From positions 1-64,000 of the forward strand of contig JALMLS010000199.1 in the NCBI GenBank assembly GCA_038496445.1: 64,000 nucleotides of DNA. The letters run 5' to 3'. The notes beneath the pieces are model-generated. The model searched no databases. It was not told the DNA's origin and saw only the letters and a list, made by a program, of their open reading frames with translations. Position numbers and translations under genes: made by a program. Position 1 is the stretch's first letter; each line of letters starts with the position of its first letter. Source of the stretch: Trichosphaerium sp. ATCC 40318 (Eukaryota > Protista > Tubulinea). Shown piece by piece: positions 23,308 to 35,372 of this stretch.

Positions 23308-26281
23308 ATGGACAAGATAGATAGGGCTAAACAACTGAAGCACATCAACAGAATGTTAGAAGAGGAAAGACAAATGCAGGAAGATGAAATTAACATTGTG
23401 CTACTTGGTAGGCGCTATACCTGTATTAATTTGAACTAATACAGCGTAAGGATCACTACGTAGTGGTTAGCGCGCAATAACAGCGGTTATTAGCTCATTC
23501 CGTTCATGTAAATAGGGAAATCAACGTTTCGTAAGCAATTTGACGGACATTTGCTCAAAGAACGTGCAGTACAATATTACAATGATTGTATAATGAACCA
23601 AATACAGTTTTGTATAAGCGACTTTCAAGAGAGTAATTATTTTAAACGGTGTAAAAAGACGACTACCTATTTTACAAAGACCTGGCCTTTGCTTTACATT
23701 AACTCATTGTCTAGGGCACTCAGTCTGTTATTCTTGGTATGCCTAATTGCCACGATTATGATCATAAAGGTGATGACTTTGACTTTGAGCAATTCTTTGA
23801 TGGTGTCAAAAAGTAAGTGAAAGAATTTTCAGAGAAACAAGTTAAAAAAGTGTATTTTTATAGGCTTGTCCATTCAGATTTCATGGTTGAATGTGCTGCG
23901 TTCATGGAAAATCGAGTATCCCAAGTCCATATGGAAAATTTATCAATGTATGTGGACGTATAACGTTTTTTGAATAACAGAAAATGATTGACCATTAACT
24001 TTCATGCTAAACTTTTTTTTTTCTTTCAGTTTAATGCACGCTGTTTCAAAAAGAACTAAAGGATGGGAAATAACAATACCTGAAATTATGAATATATGCA
24101 TGAGGTCAACAGGTATAATAGAAAGAGAGCACACAGGCCGTGATGGTCAACAGTTAAGACTTATTGATGTTGGTGGTATGTTTTTTTTAGACTATCAAAA
24201 TATTTTGTTCGCTTGGAGCAGGCTTATTGCATTTATACCAAAGTTCTATTCACAATTTCTTTTAGTACACCAAAAACCTTAAATTATATTAGGTCTCTCT
24301 AAAAGCTGCAAAGTATTTTTGTGTTGAGAGCTTATGCTCTTTTATTGTTTTTTTTCATGTTTTTATGTTGTATAATTTGTTTATTAAGGTCCTCGAAGTG
24401 AGCGGAAAAAATGGCCCTGTACCTTTTCTTATGTAAATTATGTTTGCTACATGGTGTCACTAACAGGGTATTCTTTTTTTATTCCAGTAAATGGTGTCAC
24501 ATAAGGTTTTGTTGTTGTACAATTTCTTGTTTTGTTTGCTGTTGTGTTGGATTTAACTCTCAAGCTTCATGCATGTATTATATGAAGATCCGCACATAAA
24601 TGCATATACAGAAGAGAAATGTTTATTTACAGAAGTAATTAACAGCAAGTGGTTAGAACATGCTAGTGTAATTGTAGTTTTATCAAAATACGATCTTCTC
24701 AAAAGGACAATGCCAGAGAACTTTGGTAAATTCCAAACAATATTTCCAAACTACAAAGGTACAGAATACAATGCTTTAAAGCCATACAGAAGACCTAAAA
24801 GAGTTTAATTTGCTGGCAGTGCAAATGCAAGAATGAATTCCTATTTTTTTCTTTCTTTTTGGCAATTGATTGTTTTAATTAATTTCTTTTCGGGTCACCT
24901 GATCTTGATGAAATTGTCTTACACGTGATTGAAGATTTGAAAACGGCCATTAAAAAAGCAAGATATAATGTCGTGTTCATTTGCAGTACACTGACAGAGT
25001 TCGATTTGTACTTTCCTGTGGAACCCTTAATTGAGAAAATTGCTTATAAAACAAGACGTGTAGGTTCGTCACTACTAATTTCAATAAACACTCATAATAT
25101 GAAAGATGAGACAGGGAAGAGTAAAGTAAAGGATAAAACTCGATTTGGGAAGTCAATTAAATCTTACTTGTTTCCTGATTTAAGCGATGCTACTAAAATT
25201 CCATCAGAGTTTAATAGGCTCAGAGAAGATAAATATGATGTATTTAATGACTTTGAGTTTGAACTCAATCAAGGGTCATCACTTAAGATCAGTAGGGTAA
25301 GAAAAATCACAAAATAACAGTAGCTTACTTTTTCCAAGGTATTAGTGGAGAGCCAAGTGCCTGAACTGTTTGTAGATGTTGGAGCAAGTGATACTATACT
25401 GAAGCTTGCCCATTCTTCTAGAGCGTTCAATACTTTTGTTTCATGTATTTACGGTATCCCAGTTAAACACTATGATCTGGTGGAACCGTCATTTGCCAAA
25501 CTGTTGGATTCATTTCACCAAAATAAGCTTGCAAAAGAAATCCAAACGATTGAGCCTGGATGCCACTTTAACAATTCTATGGGTATCTTAAGAGGTTTAA
25601 AGAGTCTGTACAAAAACGAGCAATCAAAGAACCTAATTCTAAAGACTGGTGATGACAACGAACTTACGTGTCACAAAGTATGTTTATTTCTATTTTACGT
25701 TTCTTTCTTTGTATGTGTTTAATGCTTCAGCGTTCTTTTTTTATCAATCGCCAACACTTCAACTATGTCATAGTAATTTAATATCTAATTGCATTATTTT
25801 TAGGTTATTTTAGTAGCACGCATACCATTCTTTGAACAAATTCTGTTATCAAATCAATCAAATGATAAGAATGCTAGTGTCCTCAAAATTGGTGAACCTC
25901 TTCACGTTGTTAAACTTCTATTGGAGTATGTACAAAGATAAGATTCCTATCGATGATGTAGACACTCTTTGGATGCTTTACAAGTTAAGTGATAAGTACC
26001 AAATAGAAAGAATGAAAGGATTTGTTTTATCAGGGTTTATAAAACATCTATGTGGTATTGAGTGCCTTGATGTCTTTTTACAGATACTAGAATACACAAT
26101 TTACATGGAAGACGAGCTTATAGGAATGATGTGTCATGACTGGTTTGTACGTCATGCTTGTAACGGACATGATTTCGTTTTAAACAAAGGAACAAGCGAA
26201 GAAGTTGTTGCTTACATAAAAACACTTCACCCTGTTTTAAGAGATACAGTTACCATTACTGATAACAATACAAGTTTTTAA
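23308..26281 (+). CDS. Atypical G-alpha-like domain fused to two BTB/POZ-like domains (possibly pseudogenised)
   Basis: Spliced G1 IVLLGSLRSGKSTF, switch I CMRSTGIIE, G3 LIDVGGPRSERKKW, VLYED, G4 VLSKYDLL; then BTB motifs (ELTCHKVILVARIPFF...LLEY/MYKD...LSDKYQIERMK). Apparent lesions at ~24890 and ~25928. Confidence 0.7.
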
Positions 26282-26372
26282 GACCAAGAAGGATGCTACA
26301 ATTATAAACAATAAAGCGGTTATAAATATGTTCATGAAGTTTGAAGGGTTGTACAAAGTCATTTTATACCAA

Positions 26373-27295
26373 TTACTTTACTGGCTTGATTGACTTATAA
26401 AGCACTGTTTACTTGTTTTTCATACACCAACAAGTCACCACCATTTTCATTCGCTCGCTGAAATCTTTTAGGCCATTGTGTAAATCCAACGTGTTTGTAG
26501 CCAAGTTTCTGTGTCATAGTTAAAACAACAATAACAACATTAGAAGGAAATGTTGTGCCTGGTAATAAGTCTTCATCTCAGGAGTCATAGGATTTACTGT
26601 ACATTGTATGCGGGTGCAACCTCGATTTATTGCACGTCTATGAACTTCTTGCATCATTGCAAATCCATAACCTGTTTGGTGCCGTTAGGTTGTATCATTC
26701 AAGTGGAAGAATTAGATTCCAAGATACCAAGAACTCCAGAAAGAGTCCATATCTTGTCAAATTGAAGCCCAGTAAAAAATGTGGTTGGTCGCTCACGCGA
26801 AATGTCAAGAAGTTCTTGGTAAATCCAGTTTTGACAACTTTAAAGTACAATACAATGAAAAAAAATCACGTGTTCTCAAAAGGTATTTTACCTTTTTTGT
26901 GAAATCTAGGCCATACTGCAAAACAGCCTTTAGAATGTGGATCAGCTCTTTACAACCCAATTTTAATGAATGTACCGAAGTATAGAACATTATTGGTTTG
27001 TTTTTCTGTCGTCATGCATCCAATAAGTTCGCTATCGCCTAGGGTATGTAAACTTAGCGTCAAAGTAGCGTACTAACTACTATACGCCAGAATAACAGTT
27101 ATTTTTTTACTATGAACAAGCTGTCTAAGCTCAGAGTGCGTAATACGACATCTGCCATGTACTTCTACTGTAAACGAGAAAGCAGCATTTACAAGCCTGC
27201 ATATCTCTTCAGCACGCCCATCTACGATCACAAATGAGGTACTATATAGTCACGTTATCATTACCATATAATTTGTAGATCTCGTATCGAAGCAT
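26373..27295 (-). CDS. GNAT-family N-acetyltransferase
   Basis: Spliced DGRAEEICRLVNAAF...ELIGCM...YFGCFAVWPRFHKKGYGFAMMQEVHRRAINRGCTRIQCTV...YYQKLGYKHVG (acetyl-CoA motif A and YxKLGY). Confidence 0.8.
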
Positions 27296-27335
27296 GTTTT
27301 GTTCTGAAAACGGACAAGGTTGGCAATCAATTGAC

Positions 27336-29487
27336 TTAAGTGTAACCAGCTAAGTTTGAGAAAGCACCAAAGGTCACTGCTTGCCTTTCTTCAGTTACCC
27401 GAGCTTTGGCGTTTTAGTTTACAATAGATAGTCCTGACACAAACGATAACTACAGGACTACACAATTTATTAGTTGATTTATTGGTTTTTAGTTTGGTTT
27501 GCCTTTGGCGAATTTACATAAGTGTTGCAAAGAATACAAGTACTATTAACACGTTTGGCACCAATAGTTGTGTTACTCCGCTTCTGCACTGGTAAAATAT
27601 TACAGCAAGCATCTGATTCTGTCGTAAAGAAGCGGCATAGTCATCAACACACTCAGTAGGTGCCATTTGGATTGTCGGCGTAGCTACTTCACAATTTTGT
27701 TGTTGAGAGATAAGCATTGTAATATTCTAGGGTTGTTAGCATTCATATAGCTCATTCAGGACAATTTAAGCGTACCAGTTCGGACCCTTGCTAGTAATAA
27801 ATATGAGAATAAAAAAGGAAAAGACTTCTTTAGTTTGAATTCGAAACGCACCCTTGAGTTTCTGGAGTCAAGTGAGAAATCTCCATCAATACAGCCTGTA
27901 ACATCTACAATACTATACGTATCTTCAAGTACAAGTACTGTATTATCAAGACTCAAATCTCCTATTAAAAATAAGTCTCGTTGAATCTTACTAGAGTTTT
28001 ACAATCAAAACGTTACTGCAAGATTACATAGACAGAAAATAAAAGAAAGCGTTTATGGAAACGCAACTAGTTTTAACTGCATTTTTGAGGTGTTAGATAC
28101 ACCGCTTACCATTAACATAAACATTATCTGCAAGCGACAGAATAGGCTCAACAATAGACACATCAGCTAGCGAAAATGATGTTAATTCCCCACCCCAAAG
28201 ATCATTTTAAGTCTTAACGGGTTGGAGACGTGCCTTTCTCCCTTATATTAATATCTCGTTCACAAATAACGTTTGTTTTGTGCTCTGAACACCACACATC
28301 TATCCAATAAGGACCACCAACTTCACCGCTTGATATTGTAACACAATGCTCTTGTATCCTGTAGTCAATTAAAAGAGGTTCCTTCGGTCCCCACGGAAAC
28401 TCTCTGAAAGTTGCACCAAAATCACGTGTTTCGTTCGTGATTGCCTGTTAGTTTGAGGAAAAAAATAAGACTATCGACGATTGTATTTATCAGCTCTATT
28501 TGATCATTCTCGTACCCATTGCCAGTCTAAGTGTCCTCGCAGTCCTGTCGTCAATCCAGTCCACAAAAAGCTTTGCTCTTCACCAAATAGATCTTCAGCA
28601 AACTGAAGTACAGCATCAAATTCTTCTCGTGATGTTGTAGTTACCAAATATGCACCATCACGCATGCACAACCCTACACAATTGTCACAAAACGTTTACA
28701 AAACAAGTTAATCATTCATTTCACCTTGTGCTGTAACCCAATTCACTTTTCGCTGTATTCCGTGGTAGCAATGACCTACAATGCAACTTTATGTCAAGGC
28801 TTTAAAAAATAAGATCGAAGTGCAGGCAACTTACCTGCTAACACGTGAGGGCAAGAAACATTTTGGTTTACCTCCAAACATGGCGTTGACACATTTGACA
28901 TACTCGCAGGAGTATCAGACTCGCATACATAGTGTTCAGCAACGCACTCACCGCGTATTTCCTGTGTAGTGTTTTAATAAAAAACCTCCGCCTGTAATTC
29001 TGCTTTTGTTGACTTACGCCGCCTATGAAATGCGTGCAAGTGCCAGCATCGTGAGGTGTATTTCTTATAAAGTTTATATCAAACAGTCTTGTTTCCGCCC
29101 TACTACCATCGTACCAAACGTAATCTGTACCATTGGGTCGCAAATACAATCTTAGAGACTGTAATACAAAAAAGGTCAAAAAAAAGTGAAACGCTTCGAA
29201 TTGACTTGTTGCGAGCTCTTACGGGAAAGTGAGTCATTAATGACACTTCTAGTATGGTAGTATCCATTATTAGCGGGTGTGATCCTGTAATATAAATGAA
29301 ATGGGAGAGTTGGGGAAATTAAAGTGGGTTCTTTTAATTGCTCTTACGGACCTACTTCGCATTCATCAGCCGTTCCATTTACTGTTTTATGTAAGTGGTA
29401 AATAGTATCTTCCCAATAACATGAAGATAATAAAGTACAGTGATATCCTGCAGCACACAGAAGCAATATAAATAAAGCGTGCGACAT
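27336..29487 (-). CDS. Type I membrane protein with two C-type lectin-like domains
   Basis: Signal peptide MSHALFILLLCAAG; CTLD motifs GHCYHG...NWVTAQ.LCMRDGAYLVT...LWTGL...WQW...WGPKEP...EHCVTI...WIDVWC...VICE; TM near 27480-27420; short tail. Confidence 0.75.
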
Positions 29488-30004
29488 TTAATTATACGCG
29501 TTCTGGAAGCGAAAAATAGCAAGAAATCTAACGACTGTTGTAAGTTAGTAAAATAAAATCACGTGATAATAAAAAGAAGAAAACTCCGTTTTTCCACGCA
29601 CACAATGTACTTATGGGGTTGCAGTATTTGAAGTCCACAAAATGACTTGCTAAAACCTGTTGCGACATTGTGGTACAAATAAGGGCAACTTAGACCAACA
29701 GGTGTAATAAGTGGTTAATTGGTGCTAAACTCACGTAGATATTGGAAGCTACTGCAGACGATGAGAATCTTTTTCAAAGGAAGGTGTTTGATTGCAGATT
29801 ATCCACATACTTTCACTTGCAGGTGTATTTATCTCCAAAAACGCTCACATTCCTTTAATTATCACTGACAACTTTCAAATAAAGGCGGATCGCGGTCTTC
29901 ACTTTTATGACAAAAAAAACCAGAATAACATACTTTCTTGTTTTTCAAGTTCTTGGTGTATTACTAGATAAAAAGTTTTTGCAGTACAACAAAAATAATT
30001 TTTG

Positions 30005-32122
30005 TTAGTGTCTTCCACGACGTCTGTCTCTGCTACTACTCCTTCGCCTACTTTCATACCGACGTTTATCTCTTCTATAATCACCATCTCTTCCTCGTCT
30101 ACCTCTATCATCCCTTCGTCTATCTCTACTGTACCTACTATCACTTCGTGAAGACCTATACCTCTTTCGTCTGAAAAGAAAAAAAAAGTAAGTAAACAAG
30201 AAAACAGGTAACAAAAAACCACCTTGAAAAAATATCGCATGCAGCATAGCTGCTAAACCGATTCTTTGGAAACTTAAGTTTAATAGAGTGCAATGATGTA
30301 ATACACAAAAAAATCAAACAGTTGAAACATAAAGCAGTGAGATACACTCAAAAAAACGGATGGATAAGAAATTGTAAAAAAAACTAATTAAGTTAAACTA
30401 ACCTGTCACGTGATCGTGAATGGCTTCTACGGCGTTTACGTCTACGTCTACTATCACTTGAACTTGAAGAAGACCTAGATCTAGATCTTGAAGAGTAAGA
30501 AGAACGAGATGAATCATCATCACTATCAGAATTATCATCATCGCCTTCTTTTTTTTTCTTATCATCACTTTTTTTAGAAGAAGACTCTTTTTTATCACCA
30601 GAAGCACCATCCTTTCCTCTTATCTCCTGAAAAGGTAGTACTTTATCTTCCTCCTCTTGTAGCTTCTTTTGTGCTGCAAGGTCACCCATCATTGCCTTCT
30701 GTTTCTCCCACTGTTCTTCGATTCTTTGTCGCTCAAGTTCGTCTTTTATTTTTTTCTGTTCTTCCTGTTCTTGTTTTTTTTTCTGTGCTTCTATTTCTTT
30801 AAAGTTTATTGTAATCACCTCATCCTTTGATTTTTTCTTCTTTCTACGTTTTTTTTCGTTAAATGTTTTCCAACTATCAACACGAACAGTACTAAAAGTT
30901 AAACATGTGAGACATCAAGACATCAAATTGAAGTAAATAAAATAATTCAAAAAAAAACATAGATATAGTCTTACCGTTGTTCAAGCCATGTCTTCTCGTG
31001 AGCTCTCTCAGCTGCTTTCTTCCTCAACAACTCTTGTCTCAACTCTCGCTTCTTCATATCTTCTTTAGCTTGAACTTTAACAAGCGTTTCCTTTGCACAA
31101 ACCATTAACAAACATGTCACAAAAAAAAAAAAGAAGGAAAAACAAATAACAGAGTCAAAAATCCGAGAAAGAATAACACGTGATTTTTTTGAAACAATTA
31201 GATTCATCAATTTAGATTCTATCATATTTTAAAATAGAAAGTGCAAGTGCCGTAGCACACCACCAAAAAAAAAAAGTTATTTTCGGAACTCTAAAAAAAA
31301 TCGTACCTGACGTTGTTGTAGCTCTACAAATATCTTACATAACTCTTTCCTAACTTCACGCTCGTAGTCATCATTGGTAGGTTCACTATATACCTCTCTA
31401 TTGACTATACACTGAGTTTTTCTCTTCTCCTCCCTCTTGTCTATTCTCTCTTTAGCCTAAAAAAAAAGGACATTTTTAAACAAATTGCTCCATTCAAGCG
31501 AAAAAAAAAGCGCTAAACGTTGTATTTTGCCAAGTTCATCTTCCTGCGCATGGCAAGGAAGGTTGTTTTTCGTTTTAGTTGTTTTTCAAAATGTTTGAAT
31601 TAAAAGCGGGTTTTTGTCTTTGATACTACTTTAAAGGCCTGTATAGGCTTATACATACCTGTTCTATAACACGTTTGCAATATTCAAGCTGTTCTGTGTC
31701 TGTTAATGTTTTGTAAGCATTACTATCATGTGTTAGCAATGTGTCGTATAATTCTATGTGATTTGTTGCGTTAGAAGGGCTTGACGTACTTTAAAACAGA
31801 AAATGCTTTTTTGGACCTATCAGAGCCCTCATTCCTATCTAAATAGCGTTAAAATCATGATCGTGAGCGTGTTACCATACCTGGATGTAATTTTCGTGAC
31901 AATACTTTGTAAACGCGTTTAACATAGGTAGGTTCAAGGTTTAACCCTACTCCGAGCACTTCCATTGGGTTGTAGTTCCAATACTTGGCGCCTAGAGAAA
32001 TTTTAACGTTACATTGTGTATTTAAAGCGCGTAATGGTTAACGCACCTTGTCTGTCAAGCAAGCGCGTGAAATGTTGCTCAGAGCTGAGAGTGAGGATGT
32101 CATCATCAGTCCACGTAGTCAT
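30005..32122 (-). CDS. DNAJC8/Spf31-like J-domain protein with C-terminal RS/RD-rich extension
   Basis: LSSEQHFTRLLDRQGAKYWNYNPMEVLG...YKVLSRKLHPD...AYKTLTD; HEKTWLEQR...VDSWKTF; then long SR/RD tracts. Confidence 0.8.
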
Positions 32123-32427
32123 GGTAGCGGCTATTACACACTACAGCGCCAATGAAAATGGCTTTGCGTTTTTGTGAAAGTCAGGCGCTAGTCATTTTCC
32201 CAGTTATTATTCCACAGGTAAAAAAAACTGCTGGGAGCTTGTGGTAATCCTGGTTCATTGTAGTAGCTTTTTCGAATACATTATGCTTCGGAGTACGGTA
32301 CCGTAGTATAATTAGAACTAAAATGGAGCTGTAAGGGAATTATCTTGCCAACCGCGGAATAACCACATCAATACCTGTAGTAGATAACCGCGCGCGCATA
32401 GACACCGATACGAAGAGTAAACGATTC

Positions 32428-33626
32428 GTGTCATTCATAAGTTGTGACACAAGGCGCCAGTACGCTCCAGTTTCTAGAATACGTAGTTTGAGAGTACTTC
32501 GTCATCTTAGTACAAAAAGTATTACCTTCTGGCAACGCGAGAAAGTGTTTTGTACGGTTGTTTTTTTTGAATTTGAAATTACAATCTCACCTAAAACGCA
32601 ATGTAGCGCAAACACGTGGATTTAAAACTTCCTCAAATTTACTTTGTGGCACCGAATCATCCAGTAGTAGCAAACTTGAAGTCATTGAGGCACGTGCATA
32701 GTTAGAAAACATGAGATAGCTAACCTAAAAAGGAATTCCATGAAAATGGTAAGTTGTCCGCTAGATACCACCAACGAGATGGAAAGACAGAAGGACCATT
32801 TACCCAATACTATCCGAACGGAAACAAAGAATCAGAAGGCATTGTAGTAGATGGAAAGATGGATGGACTAATGAAACAATACTATGATACAGGAGAACTA
32901 GAAATGGAAATTAGTTTATCACGTGATGAGAGACATGGTGAAACAAAAGATTACTATCGTAATGGACAACTGAAAGTTTCTAGTATATTTGTAAATGGTA
33001 AAGAAGAAGGGAAACGTACAAGATGGCATGAGAATGGGAAGATAATGACTTACTCAAACTACAAACAAGGTATACTTCATGGAAAACTAAAACAATACAA
33101 CGACAAGGGTACAATGAGTATCTATGCTAACTACGAAAACGGTGTACAAAACGGACCTTATACTACATGGTATGATAACGGTAAGATGCATACGTATGGA
33201 AGCAAGAGAAATGGTAAGTATCATGGTGAGTATAAACAATATCTCGAAAATGGAAAGATGGATGTCCATGCTTTTTATAAAGATGGAAATATTGTTGATA
33301 CATATAAACAATGGCATCATCCTGAGTGTGAACATTTATCTTTTCTTATACAAGACAGATTTATGGGTAGAGAGTTTAAACACTTTTATCAAGATGGTAC
33401 ACTACAGATTCGTGGATATCGTGAGAACAATATGTTTGATGGCTTATATGAAGAGTATTATCCTTCTTCTAAGTTGAAGTTAAAATGCAATATGAAGCAA
33501 GGCAAGATTGATGGTAAATGTGAAATGTGGACACCAGATGGGGCAGTTATTGACGAGAATTCAGATAATGGCATCGAAATGATGAAGATAGCAAACAATA
33601 GAGACCATAAAGAGGCTCTGTTTTAA
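32428..33626 (+). CDS. MORN-variant (YwqK-like) repeat protein, probably with an N-terminal mitochondrial-like presequence
   Basis: ORF 32754..33626 has about 10 GxxxxYYxNGxL repeats. Upstream exons give RIRSLRVLRHLSTK...RGFKTSS...LEVIE|EFHENGKL via a GC-AG intron 32690-32732. Start codon unresolved. Confidence 0.72.
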
Positions 33627-34007
33627 GTAACAAAAGTAAACATTCGTAAACCTTCTTTTTTTTTTTTGATATGAAACCATTTTCTGCGTGCACCTGCCAA
33701 TAACTTGACCCTCGTGTATTATTCCTGTAACATTACTTAAAGTGATGGTATAACAGACGGAGGTGTTGGTTTGATTATGGTCCCCGTAGAGGTGCAGTAT
33801 ACTGTAGCCTATTATACGGAGATCTTGAAGACTGTACATTTTACATCAGCAACACAATAAAACAATACAGTACATATGTTGTACTTCAAACTAAAAACAT
33901 CTCTTCTCTCCTGTTGTTTTTAGCATGAGCGCTTCACTACAAGTCTATGAGCGACACTTTATGCACTAAGTTACGAGGAAGTGGACCGTCTACTAGTATG
34001 GTATTAT

Positions 34008-34100
34008 TAGAGATGCAGAAATACTAGTCCGGACCGGATACGGACCGAAAACCGAAATCTTGAAACCGGACCGGTATCGGTCCGGTATTTGCCACCTCTA
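34008..34100. mobile_element. 93-bp hAT-like MITE, nested in an outer inverted repeat (33962-34135)
   Basis: Termini TAGAGATGCAGAAATAC / GTATTTGCCACCTCTA; internal CCGGAC/GGACCG repeats in both orientations; flanking 12-bp near-direct repeat gtatggtattat / gtacggtactat. Confidence 0.6.
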
Positions 34101-35372
34101 GTACGGTACTATAATCCACTTCCCTGTAATGTGCACAGCAGTCAAACGACTCCTCAGAATTGGAGGGCTGCCATAGTGAATCAAGAAACAAGGTGTCAAG
34201 CACAGATTAAATAAAGGGGCATACCTTAGACTATTAACCTAGTATATCATCGCGCCAACGAAACATTTTGAAAATAGGCTGTTCAAAGAATAAAACGATC
34301 TTGTGTTGATTTTCTTGAGTAGGGTTTTGCCTGTAAAACTCATTATCAAAAAACCCAGAAAACAAGACAACAAATGACTTCAAGACAATGCCGTTCGTTA
34401 AATCATAGTGGAATTATTAAAGTTGCAAAGAATATGTCGCTCAAAGCTACTAGCATGTCAACAACCTCTAATACAAATCTTATGCAAAAGTACCTAAAAT
34501 AGCTCTTTTGTTTTCTTACATAACTTTTTACAAAGGGCTTTGAGGAAAGCCAAGGCACATCACATTCAATTCAAATGTGATCAACGCTCCATTTTGAAAC
34601 ATTATAAACTAAATAAGCCGATGAAAGACGCTACAAATGTTTCATGTGCTTCCACAAAGACAACCTTTCAGGAAGAGTACAAAGGAAACAACTATATTTC
34701 TTTGTCGAAGAAAAAAAACATAGAAGTTGTCAAAAGAACATGTCACGATTGAAATACTTGTAGCTGTAATCGACTTTTTTAATAAAAATACTACCTCATT
34801 TGTACTACACATGTATTGCAACTTACAAGTTGGCTTTAATTGCTCGCAGTGTTGAAACAGTCAAAAAAAATAATTCTAGAAGAACGACTGAATAGTTCCA
34901 AAAACAACTCCTGAAGAAGTAGCTGAAGTAGATATACTGACAATCAAAGAAGGTAATAACAATACCACTAGCACGTGAACCTGTTAAAGCATTAGCTAGT
35001 TTTCATATGATTTATCTTGACAGATGAAGGTGTCAAGGCGTAGCTGAAAGAACTGTAAACAACGAAAACACGGTTTCAAAAATCTAGATCAACTTAAAAG
35101 AAAATACACGGATACTGAGAAAAAAAACTGTATGAACATACGGACTTGCGTACATAGTGAGAGTACTAACTGTATAAAACAATGTGTGAGTTTCATATTT
35201 ATTTACATTAGACCAAGTGATAAATAACAGTCTCTTTAGTCATTAACAACACTACAAATAGCGGAGAGTATCTTCCAAGATTTTTGAATCTAGGACTATT
35301 TTTCTATTCACATTGATGGCGTAGCATTCGTTCTACTTTTTCTTCGCCTGTTTAGCTTTAATGTTATTAATT

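Noticed and set aside
32754-33626. Bacterial toxin-antitoxin module or contaminant (YwqK antitoxin)
   Set aside because: No adjacent toxin gene; embedded among spliceosomal-intron genes and itself apparently spliced.
34860-35160. Possible small spliced gene downstream of RasGEF
   Set aside because: No consistent frame or homology.
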